From Chiloscyllium plagiosum (taxonomy: Eukaryota), in NCBI RefSeq assembly GCF_004010195.1, contig NC_057720.1:8362164-8426163 (forward strand): DNA of 64,000 nt. The letters are read 5' to 3'. Shown here piece after piece: positions 12,831-26,019 of this stretch. The notes beneath the pieces are model-generated. The model had not been told where the DNA came from. It searched no databases and was given only the letters and a program-made list of their open reading frames with translations. A program made the position numbers and the translations under genes. How positions within the stretch are numbered: position 1 is the stretch's first letter; the number at the start of each line of letters is the position of its first letter.

Positions 12831-13375
12831 TCATGTCTGTTCTCCATTTTTCTTGTATTCTCTTCCTTCTCCCTCCCCTCCACATTCTTGTCCTGTTTGT
12901 TTTGTTTTTATTTCAGAGGATCCATTCCCACCCTTTCACACATTTTGTGTCTGTTTTTTCCTCTGGTCTTTCCTGTTTGCCTCTGTCTGAGGAACAGGAG
13001 TAGGACATTCAGCCCCTCAAGCCTATCCCACATTCAATGAGATCATGGCTGATCTGCGTGTTAACTTTATATACCTGCCTTTGGACCATATCCCTTAACA
13101 CCTTGGCTCAACACAAAATTATCTGCCTCAGATTTACAATTAACATCTAATCCAGCATCCATCACCATTGATGGAAGAGAGTTCCAAACATCGACCACCC
13201 TTTGGATGTAGAAGTGCTTCCCACCATCTCTCCACAACACTCTGGTCCTAATTCCTGGACTATGCCCCCAATTCTAGAAGCTTCAACAATGGCAATAGTT
13301 TATCTTTATCAATGTCAAAAGTTTATATTTTAAAAAAAATTGAGTCATACCAGACTTGAAATGTGAACTGAAAAA

Positions 13376-13995
13376 TTGGTCAGAGCATTGAGTACAAGAG
13401 TTGGGAGATCATGTTGTGGCTGTACAGGACAGTGGTTAGGCCACTTTTGGAATATTGCATGCAATTCTGGTCTCCTTCCTATCGGAAGGATGTTGTGAAA
13501 CTTGAAAGGGTTCAGAAAAGATATATAAGGATGTTGCCACGGTTGGAGGATTTGAGCTACAGGGAGAGGCTGAATAGGCTCGGGCAGTTTTCCCTGGCTC
13601 GTCGGAGGCTGAGGGGTGACCTCAGAGAGGTTTATAAAATCATGAGGGGTATGGGGAGGATACATAGACAAAGTTGCTTCCCTGGGGTGGGGGAGTCCAG
13701 AACAAGAGGGCATAGGTTTAGATTGAGAGGGGAAAGATATAAAAGGGACCTAAGGAGCAACTTTTTCACGCAGAGGGTGGTGCATGTAAGGAATGGGCTA
13801 TCAGAGGAAGTGGTGAAGACTGGTGCAATTACAATACTTAAAAGGCATCTGGATGGGTATATGAATTGGAAGGATTTGGAGGGATATGGACCAAGTGCTG
13901 GCAAATGGGACTAGATTAGGTTGGGATATCTGGTCAACATGGACGAGTTGGATCGAAGAGTCTGTTTCCATGCTGTACATCTCTATGACTCTATG
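13376..13995 (+). mobile_element. HER1-like CR1 LINE 3' part, well preserved
   Basis: Open 167-aa frame MLWLYRTVVRPLLEYCMQFWSPSYRKDVVKLERVQKR..; tail CTGTACATCTCTATGACTCTATG. Confidence 0.92.
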
Positions 13996-14053
13996 AAAAC
14001 AGAAAATGCTGGAAATCACAGCGGGTCAGGCAGCATCGGTGGAGAGAGAGCAA

Positions 14054-14090
14054 GTTAACGTTTCAAGTCTGGATGATTCTTCATCAGAGC
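14054..14090 (-). ncRNA. Hammerhead motif in a PLE tail remnant
   Basis: Minus strand GCT-CTGATGA-A-GAATC-ATCCA-GACTT-GAAA-CGTT-AAC. Confidence 0.6.
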
Positions 14091-14996
14091 CCAGCCCAGT
14101 ACAGATTCCAGCATCTGTAGTAGTTTGCTCTCATCTGGAAATGTTAACTCTCTTCTTCTTTCCTGCCAGACCTGCTGAGTTTCTCCTATAATTTCTGCAT
14201 TTGCTTCTAGCATCCACATTATTTTCCCTTTATGCTCGCAGGTTGTTTGTGTGGAACAGGCTGTCAGGGCTGGGATGCAGGACTAAATTCAACATGTATG
14301 AAGATTTCACACATTTGGGAATTGTGTTGAGCACAACTCTGGTCTGAGTTCCTTCACAAGAACTGAGCAATATCATTGAATTTTAACTTGTGGAGAGGCA
14401 GTACAATTCTAGCACTCATTCCTTGTGAGTGTCCAATTCCCTGTTGTGGAAAGAAAATTTAAATTGCAGTTGGGTGCTATAAATGAGGAAGATAAGGAAT
14501 GATAAGCTGCACTTATGTTTTTGTCCTTGAATTTGTAATTAATTTATTCTGCTATATTAATTCAGCATTACTTCCTGAGAGCTGACTGCATGAAACAATT
14601 GTCTGTTAAAATAGTTAATAGAGGTTTTTCAAAATCTCTTGCCTACTCAGTTGCTTCAAGTTCTGTGCTTCCTTAGGAGTTAAAATTTGATCATGAGAGA
14701 ATTATCTTTATTTTAGGAAGAGGAACATGATTGTCTGTTTTAGTGGTGATTAAAAGACGTATCTTAATTGTAATCAAAGAGGATTTAATGGCTTCTTTAT
14801 TGCAGTGCAAAGTTGTTGCAGATGTTAATTCTCTGCCTTTTCCGACACAATGACTGATCAGTGTTGAAAATGTATTTAGTCTCCTCCACTAATGAGAAGA
14901 TCACGCACAATTATTATTGAGGGTTGTATGATGATCTAGTCTTAAATTTGGAGCTGGGAGTTCATTTTGCATTTCCATTGTTTTCTTCCTGTTATT

Positions 14997-15563
14997 AGAG
15001 TCATAGAGTCATAAAGATATATAGCACAGAAACAGACCCTTCGGCCCAACTCGTACATGCCAATAGACATCCTAAATTCATCTAGTTCTACATGCCAATA
15101 CTTGGCCCATATCTTTCTAAACCCTTCCTATTCATATACCCATCCAGATGCTTTTTAAATGCTGTAATTGTATCAGCCCCCACTACTTCCTCTGGCAGCT
15201 TATTCCATATACACATACCCTTTGCGTGAAAAAGTTGCCCCTGAAGTCCCTTTTAAATCTTACCACTCTCCCCTTAAACCTAAGCCTCTAGTTCTGGACT
15301 CGCCCCACTCCAGGAAAAAGACCTTGGCTATTCACCTTATACATGCCCCTCATGATTTTATAAACCTTTCAAAGGTCACCCCTCAGCCTCAAATGCTCCA
15401 GAGAAAACAGCCCCAGCCTATTCAGTCTCTCCCTATAATTAAAACCCTCCAACCCTGGCAACATCCTTGTAAGTCTTTCCTGCAGCCTTTCAAGTTTCAC
15501 AATATACTTCCTAAATCAAAGAGATCAGAATTGAACACAGCATTCCAAAAGTGGCCTAACCAA
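14997..15563 (-). mobile_element. HER1-like CR1 LINE 3' part
   Basis: Reverse-complement homologue of 13430-13995; begins with AGAGTCATAGAGTCAT tail repeats. Confidence 0.9.
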
Positions 15564-17898
15564 TAGGATGAGGATAAGTTACTTCGCCTGACACTATTAC
15601 CACCAAAGGTACCATTTGTTGCCCTGACAATCTGGGATTCAAGAGTCCAAAGTAGTGAAAATGCTTGTCAGAGGAGCCAAATGATTTGTTCTAATCGTGG
15701 TCAATGTGCATTGGACTAATGGTCTTAGGCTCCAGTGAAGTTAATGTTTCAGGCACAGGGCCCCTTCTTCAGAACTGTCCTGAACTTAAGTTTTGAGGAA
15801 GGGTCACTGGACTCAAAACTTTAACTCTGCTTTCTCTCCACTGATGCTCCCAGATGCGGTGAGATTCTCCAGCAATTCCTGTTTGTGTTTCTGATTTCCA
15901 GCATCCCCAGTTCTTTGGTTTGGTTTTGTTAAGTGAGAGGACATATCTGTCAAGGTATCAATTCAAGGAAAGACCTACACTTTCTCAATGTTGCAACTTG
16001 TACAATCTCTTGGGCTGCTATTTTCAGTAAGACGAGCATCAGCTGTGGAAGTCAGATGTGTCGCTACAGAATAGCATGGAACTTCAAAGAAAAGTAGATC
16101 ACAGAAGGAAATCCATTCAGCCCATGAATTCTGTGCTGGCTCTTTGAAAGACTACTTAATTATCCCCATCCCTTTTCTATTCTTTATAACCCTGCAATGC
16201 TTTTCTTTGGAGAGGTTTTTCCTTCACCTAGAGATTTGAGAATCTTTGAAATTCTTCTCCAAAAGCTTTGGAAGAATAGTCTTTCAATATTTTTCTGGCA
16301 AAGATAAATAAATTCTTGATAAGGAATGGGGCAGGTCGGAAGTTATCTGGGGTAGGTGGGAATGTAGAGTAATCAGTCATGATCTTACTAAATAGGGGAC
16401 CAGGCAGGAGGGGGGTGATGGTCTACTCCTGATCCTAATTCCTATCTTTGTATCTCAAATTTCCTTCCTAAATATACAATTCAGTCTGCTTCCATCAGTC
16501 TGTGTATTCCAGATCAAAATAACTCACTGCATGAATAAAATTCCCCTCATCTCCTCCCTCTGGTTCTCATCCCAATTATCGTAAATCTGTGCCCTCTGGT
16601 TACTGGTCTCTCTGCCACTTAAAGCAGTTTCTCATTATTTCTTCTGTACACTAACTGAAGAAGTTTTTCTTTGCAAATTAAAAGTTTGTCTCGATTTAGC
16701 ATTTCTGTCAGCCATTTCTGAGTTTCTTTTTGGAATAGCAGAATCATTTTCCTTTAAAATGCAGAATCAAATAATCAAAGTCTCTGAGGAAATCAGAGTT
16801 TAAAGAGTTAATTTATGCAGTCATAGCTTTTAAAACAGCAGTAAAGTACAAACACTGCTGTGTGTTTTAAGTCAGAATTGATTGAAGAGAATTGTTGAGA
16901 GAATGTCTTTGACTGAGCCTCTTAGTGTCAGACAAAATTCTCTTCCACAACATCTATCATTGTGAAAATCTGCTTAGACAAGAGTGCTGCAGGACACCTG
17001 ACGACAATGTCAATCATTTTACGAAAACAGCCCCTTTGAAGCAATTTACTTTCCTGTTACCAACACATAATGTAGCCTCGTAGACAAAACCTCGGTAGGT
17101 CAGCACAGGAATGAAAAGAATGCTTTGTAAAAGTTTTCTTTGCAAGCTGGGAAACTGTAATGACACCCTACTTAAATGATGACCACAATCCATGAATCAC
17201 AAGTTAACGGTGGGTCTTTCGTATTTTCTTTTCATTTTGAATGCTCTCCAGCCCTCAGGATGCACCTGGTGCTCCAGGTTCCCTTACTGTGTGTGACATA
17301 TTGAGAGGGCTACTTTGCGATTGGCACAGTTAGCCAAACAACATCACAATGAAGCAGTCATGGGGTGTGAGTGAACCGATAGTCACAGACTGAGAACACC
17401 GAGGCCATTAAATGCAATGAAGACCAGGCCAAAACCACCCATAAATCATTGCTTTATAAATCCTAACCATTATTGTTCAGACGAGAGATATGTCATTGAA
17501 ATTTTGCATTTTCCACTCACTGGGACAAATGCAAGAATTTCAAACAATCTCAGTTATTTATGCAGGGGTAAAGGGCAATGGTTGGTTGTCAACTTAATTC
17601 TGATCGAGAAAGTTTTTGGATGAGTTTCACTGCTGGTGTGATTCCAGGCACATAGGTCTTATGTCAATTCACTTGCTTGATCAAACCAACAGCATGTTCA
17701 TTTGATTGCTTGCAATCGGGAGAATCTAAACTGTATTCCATCAGCAAAACCCCCATAAATTTGCAGAATAATTCTGAGTGCACTTTGAGCAACATTAAAA
17801 CCCATTTAAGAAAATCAGTTGAACTCACAGCGTGGCTAATTTACGTTTGCTAAACATGCCGTTCCTTTGGATGAGGGGATCCATTCTCTTCAAAACAA

Positions 17899-18207
17899 GG
17901 GGCAGCATGGTGGCTCAGTGGTCAGCGCTGCTGTTTCACAGCACCAGGGTCCTGGGTTCGATTCCCGCCTGTCTGTGTGGAGTTTGCACATTCTCCCCGT
18001 GTCTGTGTGGGTGCTCCGGTTTCCTCCCACAATCCAAAGATGTGCAGGTCAGGTGAATTGGCCATGTTAAATTGCCCACAGTGTTAGGTGTGTTAGTCAG
18101 AGGTAAATATAGAGTTGGGGAATGGGTTTGGGTGGGTTTCTCTTCGAAGGGGAGGTGTGGACTTGTTGGGCCGAAGGGCCTGTTTCAACATTGTGGAGAA
18201 TCTAATC
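17899..18207 (+). mobile_element. HE1-like V-SINE
   Basis: GGGCAGCATGGTGGCTCAGTGG (A box), GGTTCGATTCC (B box), V-domain, HER1-like tail GGGCCGAAGGGCCTGTTTC..AATCTAATC. Confidence 0.9.
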
Positions 18208-18214
18208 AAAAAGA

Positions 18215-18635
18215 TCATAGAATCCCTACAGTACTGAAGTGGGCCATTCGGCCCACAAAGTTCACACTAACCCTCCAAAAAGCATCCCACCCCATTGTTG
18301 TGATATGCATTTCCTGTGGCTAATCCACATACAATCCCTACAGTGTGGAAACAGGGACTTCTGTCCAGCAAGTCCACAACCACCCTCCGAAGAGTAACCC
18401 ACCCAGCTGCACTTCCCAAAGCGTCAGGTGCATTAGTCAGAGGGTAGTTTAGCATCGCCAATTCACCTGACCTGCACATCTTTGGAATGTGGGAGGAAAC
18501 TGGAGCACCTGGAGGAAACCCACGCAGACATGGGGAGAACATGCAAACTCCACACGGTTGCCTGAGCATGGAATCGAACCTGGTTCCCTGGCACGGTGAG
18601 GCAGCAGTGTTAACCACTGAGCCACTGTGCCGCCC
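18215..18635 (-). mobile_element. HE1-like V-SINE plus a second partial tail
   Basis: Full copy at about 18332-18635; extra tail fragment at 18215-18330. Confidence 0.88.
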
Positions 18636-18824
18636 TTTCACACCTTTCACATAATCTTTTACATTCAGCTGATGGGAGCTCAGTTTACCATAAGATTGGA
18701 AATAACACCGTGCAAGTTAAATAACATGGGGTCAGTACCTTCTGAGAAAGAGCAAAGAAATCTGCTGTGCTGACTAACAATTTTCCTTCAATACTGGTCA
18801 CCAAAAACAGGGGAACATCAACTG

Positions 18825-19835
18825 AAAGCAAAAAATGCTGGAGATCACATCCATGGAGAGAGAGCCAACTAATGTTTCAAGTCTAGATGACCCTTCATCA
18901 GAGCTGACGTGAAATGTAGAGGAGATAGCATTTGTGCAATAGTAGGAGGGAGGGGGTGGAGATATTTCAGATTAAGTGATCGGAATATGAGAATGGCAGA
19001 GCTTGGATTCCCTACAGTGTGGAAACAGGCCTTTCGGCCCAGCAAGTCAACACTGACCCTCCAAAGGAACCTTCCCAGGGCCATTCCCCGAACCTATTAT
19101 TCTACATTCTGTCCCTAACTAACGCACCTAACGTGCACATCTTTGGATTGCCAATTTACCTAACCTGCACATCTTTGGATTGAGGGAGGAAACCAGAGCA
19201 CCCGGAGGAAACCCGCACAGACACAGGGAGCATGTGCAAGCTCCGCACAGACAGACACCTGAAGCTGAATTCGAACCTGGCACTGTGAGGCAGCAGTGCT
19301 AACCATTGAGCCACCATATCACCTCAATAGCATGTTTAAAAGCAATACTGGAAAGAATAGATGGTTCCACTGAAGGGAAGATGGGAGAGAGGACATAGTG
19401 ACAGAGAATGCAATAACTAAAACTAGAACACAATTTAGGAGCAAATTACAGCTGGAATCTGTACTGGAAACAACAAATGCTGGAGATCACAGCGGGTCAG
19501 GCAGCAGCCATGGAGAGAGAGCAAGCCAACATTTTGAGTCTAGATGACTCTTCATCAGAGTTTCAGCTGCCTGACCCACTGTAATCTCCATCATTTGTTC
19601 TACGTAAAACTAAAAGAAAGGGAATAAATAGGAGTGGGTTCACAATCTGAAGGTGCTGAACTCAATATTAAGTCCAGAATGTAAAAAAAATGCCTAGTCG
19701 GAAGCTGAGATGTTGTTCCTCCAGTTTGCGCTGTGATTCACTGAAGCACTGCACCATGTTGAGGACAGACACGTTGGCATGTGAGCAGGAAGCTGTGTTA
19801 AAATGTTCGGCTACGGAAAGGTTCGGATCAGGCTT
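18825..19835 (-). mobile_element. PLE 3' region: endonuclease C-terminus, 3' UTR and HHR motifs, with a nested HE1
   Basis: Minus-strand translation of 19650-19830 gives VAEHFNTASCSHANVSVLNMVQCFSESQRKLEEQHLSFRLG..SGLNIEFSTF; HHR motifs at 18868-18904 and 19525-19560. Confidence 0.75.
19005..19325 (-). mobile_element. HE1-like V-SINE nested in a PLE
   Basis: GATTCCCTACAGTGTGGAAACAGGCC tail through GCAGCAGTGCTAACCATTGAGCCACC head. Confidence 0.88.
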
Positions 19836-20479
19836 GTTCCTATAAGTGAATATCTAGTTCAGCACTGTTCCTGGAATGGACAGATGTATGGAATATCTGC
19901 CGTACTTGTCTACGTTAAAAACATCTTACCCTTTGCAATAACCCATTCTGCACAAGCTGTTCAACCTGCTGGGTAATGTGTTATATAAATACAAGTACTG
20001 TCTTCAATCTTACTGCTACTGACATCGTGGTCAATAACAACACTCAAATAGTTTTATGTACTCAATGAAATCCACTGGATTTTCAGAGTATCTTTTGATA
20101 TCAAAGTCAATGTCTTAATTAAAGGATTTTGCATTATTTAAAATAATATCATTTGAGGGTATAGCAAGGAGCTAAGCATACACGTTAAGAGATTTTCTCA
20201 TAGGAAGAGTCATGTTCACATTGCAATGCATAATGTTATTTGAGTTCTGTCAGCTACAGTGAGCTCTCTGAATCATTAAACCATAGAATAGTACAGCTCA
20301 CAAAGAGGTCAGGCAGTATTGTGTCAATTTCTGCTTTTTGCCCGAGTTCCTCAATTTTTTATTCTTCATGTATTTATCCAACTGCCTTTTGAAGCCTACT
20401 ATTGAATTTGTATCCAACATCCATTGAAGCATTGCTTTATAAATCCTAATCATTATTGCTGAAAAGAGAGACATATGAA

Positions 20480-20850
20480 AGAGTCATCAAGTCATACAGC
20501 ATGGAAACAGACCCTTTGATCCAACCAGTCCATGCTGAACATAATCCCAAACTAAACTAGTCCTGCTTGCCTCTTCCAGCCCCATATCCCTCCAAACCTT
20601 TCCTATTCATGTCCTTATCCAAATGTCTTTTAAACTTTGTAATTGTGCCCACATCCAACACTTCCTCAGGAAGTTCATTCCACACACAAACCACCCTCTG
20701 TTTTTAAAAGGTTTCACCTCGTCTTTTTAAAATCTCTCTCCTCTCACCTTAAAAATGTGCCTCCCAGTTTTGAAATCCCCAATCCTAGGGGAAAAGACAC
20801 AGACCATTAATCCTATCTATACCTCTCATTATTTTATAAACTTCTATGAG
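20480..20850 (-). mobile_element. HER1-like CR1 LINE 3' fragment inserted in the second copy of a local duplication
   Basis: Homology to the other HER1 ends; flanks align to contiguous sequence at 17450-17520. Confidence 0.85.
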
Positions 20851-21269
20851 GTCTATAATGTTGTTGAAAGTTTGCATTTTACACTCTTTGGGACAAATGC
20901 AAGAATTTCAAACAATCTCAATTATTTATACAGGACTACAGGATGATAATTGGTTGTCAATTTAATTCTGATTGAGAAATTTTATGGATGAATTTCACTG
21001 TTGGTTCATAGGCCTTATATCAAAGTGATTGGTTGATCAAATCAACAACATGTTCCTTGATTATTTGTAATTGGCAGAATTTAAAGTGTATTTTATCAGC
21101 AAACCCCCAATAATTTGCAGAATGATTCTGAGTGCACTTAGAGCAATATTAAAACCCATTTAAGATAATCAGTTGAACTCACAGCGTAGTTGATTTACGT
21201 TTGCTAAATATGCCATTCCTTCACGTGTGGGGACCCCGTTCTCTTCCAATGAAAGGAATATAGAAATTT

Positions 21270-21585
21270 AAAGTCCCTTCACTGTTGGGGCAGGCCATTT
21301 GGACCATAAAGTGCCCACCAACTCCCCAAAGAGCATCTCACCCATACCGACCTTATAACCCTGCATTTCCCATGGCTAACCCACCTAGACTGCACCTCCT
21401 GGACACTATGGGCAATTTAGCATGGCCAATCCACCTAACCTGCACATCTTTGGACTATGGGAGGAAACCAGAGCACCCGGAGGAAACATACGCAGACACT
21501 GGGAGAATGTGCAAACAGGCAGTCACCCGAGGGTGGACTGCTAGCGCTGTGAGGGAGCAGTGCTAACCACTGAGCCACTCACCAT
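21270..21585 (-). mobile_element. HE1-like V-SINE (diverged)
   Basis: GGGCAATTTAGCATGGCCAATCCACCTAACCTGCACATCTTTGGAC V-domain. Confidence 0.85.
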
Positions 21586-22169
21586 TTTTTGAATTACTGA
21601 AGGTTTGGGGAACCTATATTTCCTAATTGCTTTCTCATTGGTACTGACTTGCCCAAAAGGCTTCTACAATGAGCTTCTCTTTCCAGCAAGATTCCAAAAA
21701 CTTTTTTGATCCAACTAATGGTTAACATTTTAAAGTGTGACTTTGCTGTCTGGCAAAAGGCAATTACATAAACAGTTGAAGGATTAAAAGTAAACTTCCT
21801 CATTCCAAAACAAATTTTCTTGTGACACTTTAGGTTGTTTTGCCGATCACCTCAATCCTGTGCCCGATGGTGCAAGACCTCCAACCACTGAAAGCAATCT
21901 CTCTTATATTCACTAGCCAAACAGATTTCAATACCAAAGACAACAGATCACTATGATGATTGGTAGATTCATCTTTAAAAAGAGATCTCTTGAAGAGTGG
22001 TCCCTTCATCTATCGCAAGTGTGTATCACAAGAAGAGACTTTATATGAATTGGATTGGTTTACTGCTTGTTCATCAGCTTTTATAGATTCAATGCAGCTA
22101 ATGAAACCTTTCCTGACTTAAGGCATTTGGACTGACCCTCTTTGCTTTTCCTCCTCAAATGGGAACAAC

Positions 22170-24700
22170 TGAGTCACAGATTCACACAGCATGGAAAACG
22201 GACTATCTGGTCCAACTAGTCCATACCGAACATGTTCCTAAACTAAACTAATCCCACTTACTTGCATTTGGCCCTTATCCCTCCAAACCTTTCCTCTTCA
22301 TGTACTTGTCCAAATGTCTTTTAAATGTTGTAACTGTACCTGCATCTCCAGCGTCATCTGTGATTCCACAACATGAGCCACCTTCCGTCTGGAAAAGGTT
22401 GCCCCTCAAGCATCTTTTAAATCTTTTTCCTTTCACCTTAAAAATATGCCCCCTAGCTTTCAACTCATCCACAGTAGGTTGTTCATCTTATCTATGCCCC
22501 TAATGACTTTATTAACCTCTATAAGGTGACCTCTCAACTCCCTGCGCCCCAGTGAAAACAGTCCCCATGTATCCAACCTATTTTTGTAATTCAAACCCTT
22601 CATTCCCAGCAACATCCTGATAAATATTTTCTGAACCCTCTCCAATTTAATCCTATTTTTCCTATAGCAGGGCAGCTAGAAGTGCACACAGTACTCCAGA
22701 ACAGGCCTCTTCAACATCCTATAGAACCTCAATATGACATCCCAAATCCTAGACTTAGAGGTCTGAGCAATGAAGGCAAGTGTACTAAACATCATCTTAA
22801 TGACCCTGTCTACCTGTGACAATTTCAAAAAAATGTGCAGCTGAACCTCCCAATCTCTCTATTCTATAACCCTACCCAGGGCCCTACCATTAACTGGATA
22901 ACTCCTGCCCCTGTGTGTTTTACCAAAATGTAATACCTGTCATTTATCCAAATTAAACTCCATCTGCTACTCCTCAGCCCATTAATCCAATTGATCAAGA
23001 TCTCTTTGTAATCTTAGATAAACTTCTTCATTGTCCACTATACAACTAATTTTGGGGTCATCCATAAACTTACTAATGAAGCTTCCTATATTCTCATCCA
23101 AATCATGTACATAAATGACAAAGAAATGTGGACCCAGCACCAATCCCTGTGGAACCTGTTGGTCACAGGCATCTAGTCTGAAAAACAACCTTCCACCGCC
23201 ACTCTCTGTCTTCTGCCATTAAGCCAATTATGTATCCAATTGGCAAGCTCACCTGAATCCCATATGATCTAACTTTACTAATTACCATGCAGAACCTTGT
23301 AAAAGCTTTTACTAAAGTCCATGTAAACAACATCTGCCAGTCTGCCCTTATCAATTTTTTTGGTTACCTCCTCAAAAATCTTAAGTTTGTGAGACACAAT
23401 TTCCCTCACACAAAGCCATGCTGACATGCCTAATCAATCCTTGTCTCTCCAAATGCATGTAAATCCTATCTTTCAGAATCACCTACTACCAATGTCAGAC
23501 TCACAGATCTATAGTTCCCAGCCTTCTCCTTATAGCCTTTGTTAAAATGAGATCTGGCACCTCACCTGTGGTTATAGATGATGCAAATATCTCTGCTCTG
23601 GCTCACACAATTTCTTCCCTAAATTCTAACACCATCCTGGGATATACATGATCAGGTCCCACCCAGAGATTTATCCACCACTTTGTTTTCTAAGCTCTCT
23701 CGCACTTCCTCTTCTGTAATGTGAACTGTTTTCAAAACATCAATATTTATTTCCTGAGTTCCATTTTTTTCTGCACAGTAAAAACTGATGCAAAATATTC
23801 ATTTAGCATCTATCCCACCTCCTGAGGATCAACACAAAGAAGACCTTGTTGATCTTTAAGGGGCCATAGTCACTTTCTAGTTGTTCTTTTGCTCTTAATG
23901 CATTTGTAGAATCTCTTTGGATGGTCCTTAATCTTATCTGCCAAGGCTATCTCAAATCCCCTCTTTGCCCTCCTGCTTTCCCCTTAAGAATATCCCTTAA
24001 GAATACTTTTCAAGAGATTAATTTGATCCCAGTTGTTTATATCTAAGATATAATTCTTTCTTATACTTGATTAGAACTTCAATATCTTTATTCATTGATT
24101 ACACTCTACTCTTACCAAAATCAACTTTCACTCCAACAGGAACATCATGCCTCTGAACTCTCATTATCACACTTTTGAAAGCCTCCCACTTGTCAGTCAT
24201 CCCTTTACCTGTGAACAGTCCACTCTAATCAACCTTTGAAAGTTCTTGTCTCATACCATTAAAATTTGCCTTACTCCAATAAAGAGCATTAACTTTTATG
24301 GAAAGCTTATCCTTTTCCATAACTATTTTAAAACTAATAGAATTATGATCATTAGACCTCAAGTACTCCTCTACCAACACGTCAGTCCCTGTCTTGCCTT
24401 ATTTCCCAAGTGAAGGTTAAGTTTTGCTCCTTCTCTAGTAGTTATATTTACATATTGATAAAGAAAAATTCTTGAACACATTTACCAAGTTCCTCACCAT
24501 CCAAGCTTTTAACATTATGGTAATCCCAGTCAATGTTTAGAAAGTTGAAATTCCCTACTATTACAACCTATTATTCTTACATATATTTGACATCCTACAC
24601 GTATTTGCTCATGAATTTTGTGCTGACAGTTGAGGCCTATAGTGTCATCCCATCAAGGTGATCATCCCTTTCTTATTTCTAATTTCTAATGGTACAGTTT
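22170..24700 (-). mobile_element. Long degraded HER1/CR1 LINE with internal deletions
   Basis: Minus-strand remnants VPQGLVLGPHFFVIYVHDLDENIGSFISKFMDDPKI (RT F/YADD region), ERVQKIFIRML.G, RGHIFKVKG; many stops and frameshifts. Confidence 0.85.
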
Positions 24701-26019
24701 CACTGGACAATCCCTCAGAAATATCTGAGGAGTTACAAATGGAGCTGAATATTGTTCAATGTTCAGCAAACATACCCATTTCTGACCTTATGATGGGGGC
24801 AAAGTCATTGACGAAGCAGCTAAAGATGGTTGGGCCTAAGACAACACCCTGAGGAAATCCTGCAGAGATCCTGGAGTTGAGATAACTCACCTCCACCAGT
24901 GGAGAGTTTACCCACAATACCAATTGATTCCATCTTGCTGGGGCTCCCTAATGCCACAGTCAGTTGAATGTAACCTTGATATCAAGGGCTGTCTTTCTTA
25001 CCTCACATCTCCAGTGTATTTATATCCCCAACCTTGGAATCATTTTCTTCAAAACTTCCTGTGTATCTGTCTCTGAAGTTTCCATCTCTGTTTCTGGTCT
25101 CAGGTGTGGCTCAGAGGTAACTGTTCTTGTCTCTTCACCTTTGCATTCAAGTACCAATCCAGGGCTTGAGGAGATAAATAATGGCTGCTACTCCTGTGCC
25201 GCACTGAATGAGATGTAAAGCCACGGCCCCATTTGACAATTCAGGTCAATGTAAATCTTCCCATACCACCCAGAGAAGAGGCCTGATTAATACTTATCTC
25301 TTCACCAATTCACAAAAACAGGTGACCTAATCATTGCCACCTTTTTGTTTGTAAGAGTAGCTCTGTGCAAATTGTCTGTCTTATTACAACAGTGCATGTG
25401 TATAATTCAAAAACATTTTATTGGCTGTAAAGCACTTTGAGACATCTAATAGTGGAACTGAGAGGTTTTGAGTACATCCACTCCCACAAAGGCATCTTAC
25501 AGGTTTTCATCTAAGATATTGATGTGATGTTGGGAATGAGACTGACACAAAGTATTCAGCAGAACATAGGTTCAGTCTTGATGAACAGTAAATGTGAATA
25601 CATTACTTCATAGCTAATTGACAATACATCCACAAAACTCAAGTCTCTCTCATAAGCGTTCAGTTCAACTTAAGAATAATTACATATGAATACCACTGAA
25701 ATACTCCAGTACAAAACTGAAAGACAACTGAACCATAACTGTGACACTGCAACAAGACAACAACTGGTTAACTCTTCTCAGATTAGTCCTTTAAATCCTG
25801 ATGCCTTGGGTTTAAATCAATTATGTCAGTTCAGTTACTACGTGTGTTATACAACAGTCAAGAAGACCCGTATTGAAATGCAATTATTTGGACTTTTTCT
25901 GAACGCACTAAATCAAGTTAGTGATTCAAATTTTAAAAAATGGTCTCACTCCTAAAATTTTGGGTGTGTCTGTTTTGAACTGTCAGGATCTCAGATGCTT
26001 TATTATATGTGCTTGTCTC

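Noticed and set aside
17899..17970. tRNA gene suggested by A and B boxes (also at other HE1 heads)
   Set aside because: Each continues into the V-SINE core and LINE-like tail with no full cloverleaf; these are SINE heads.
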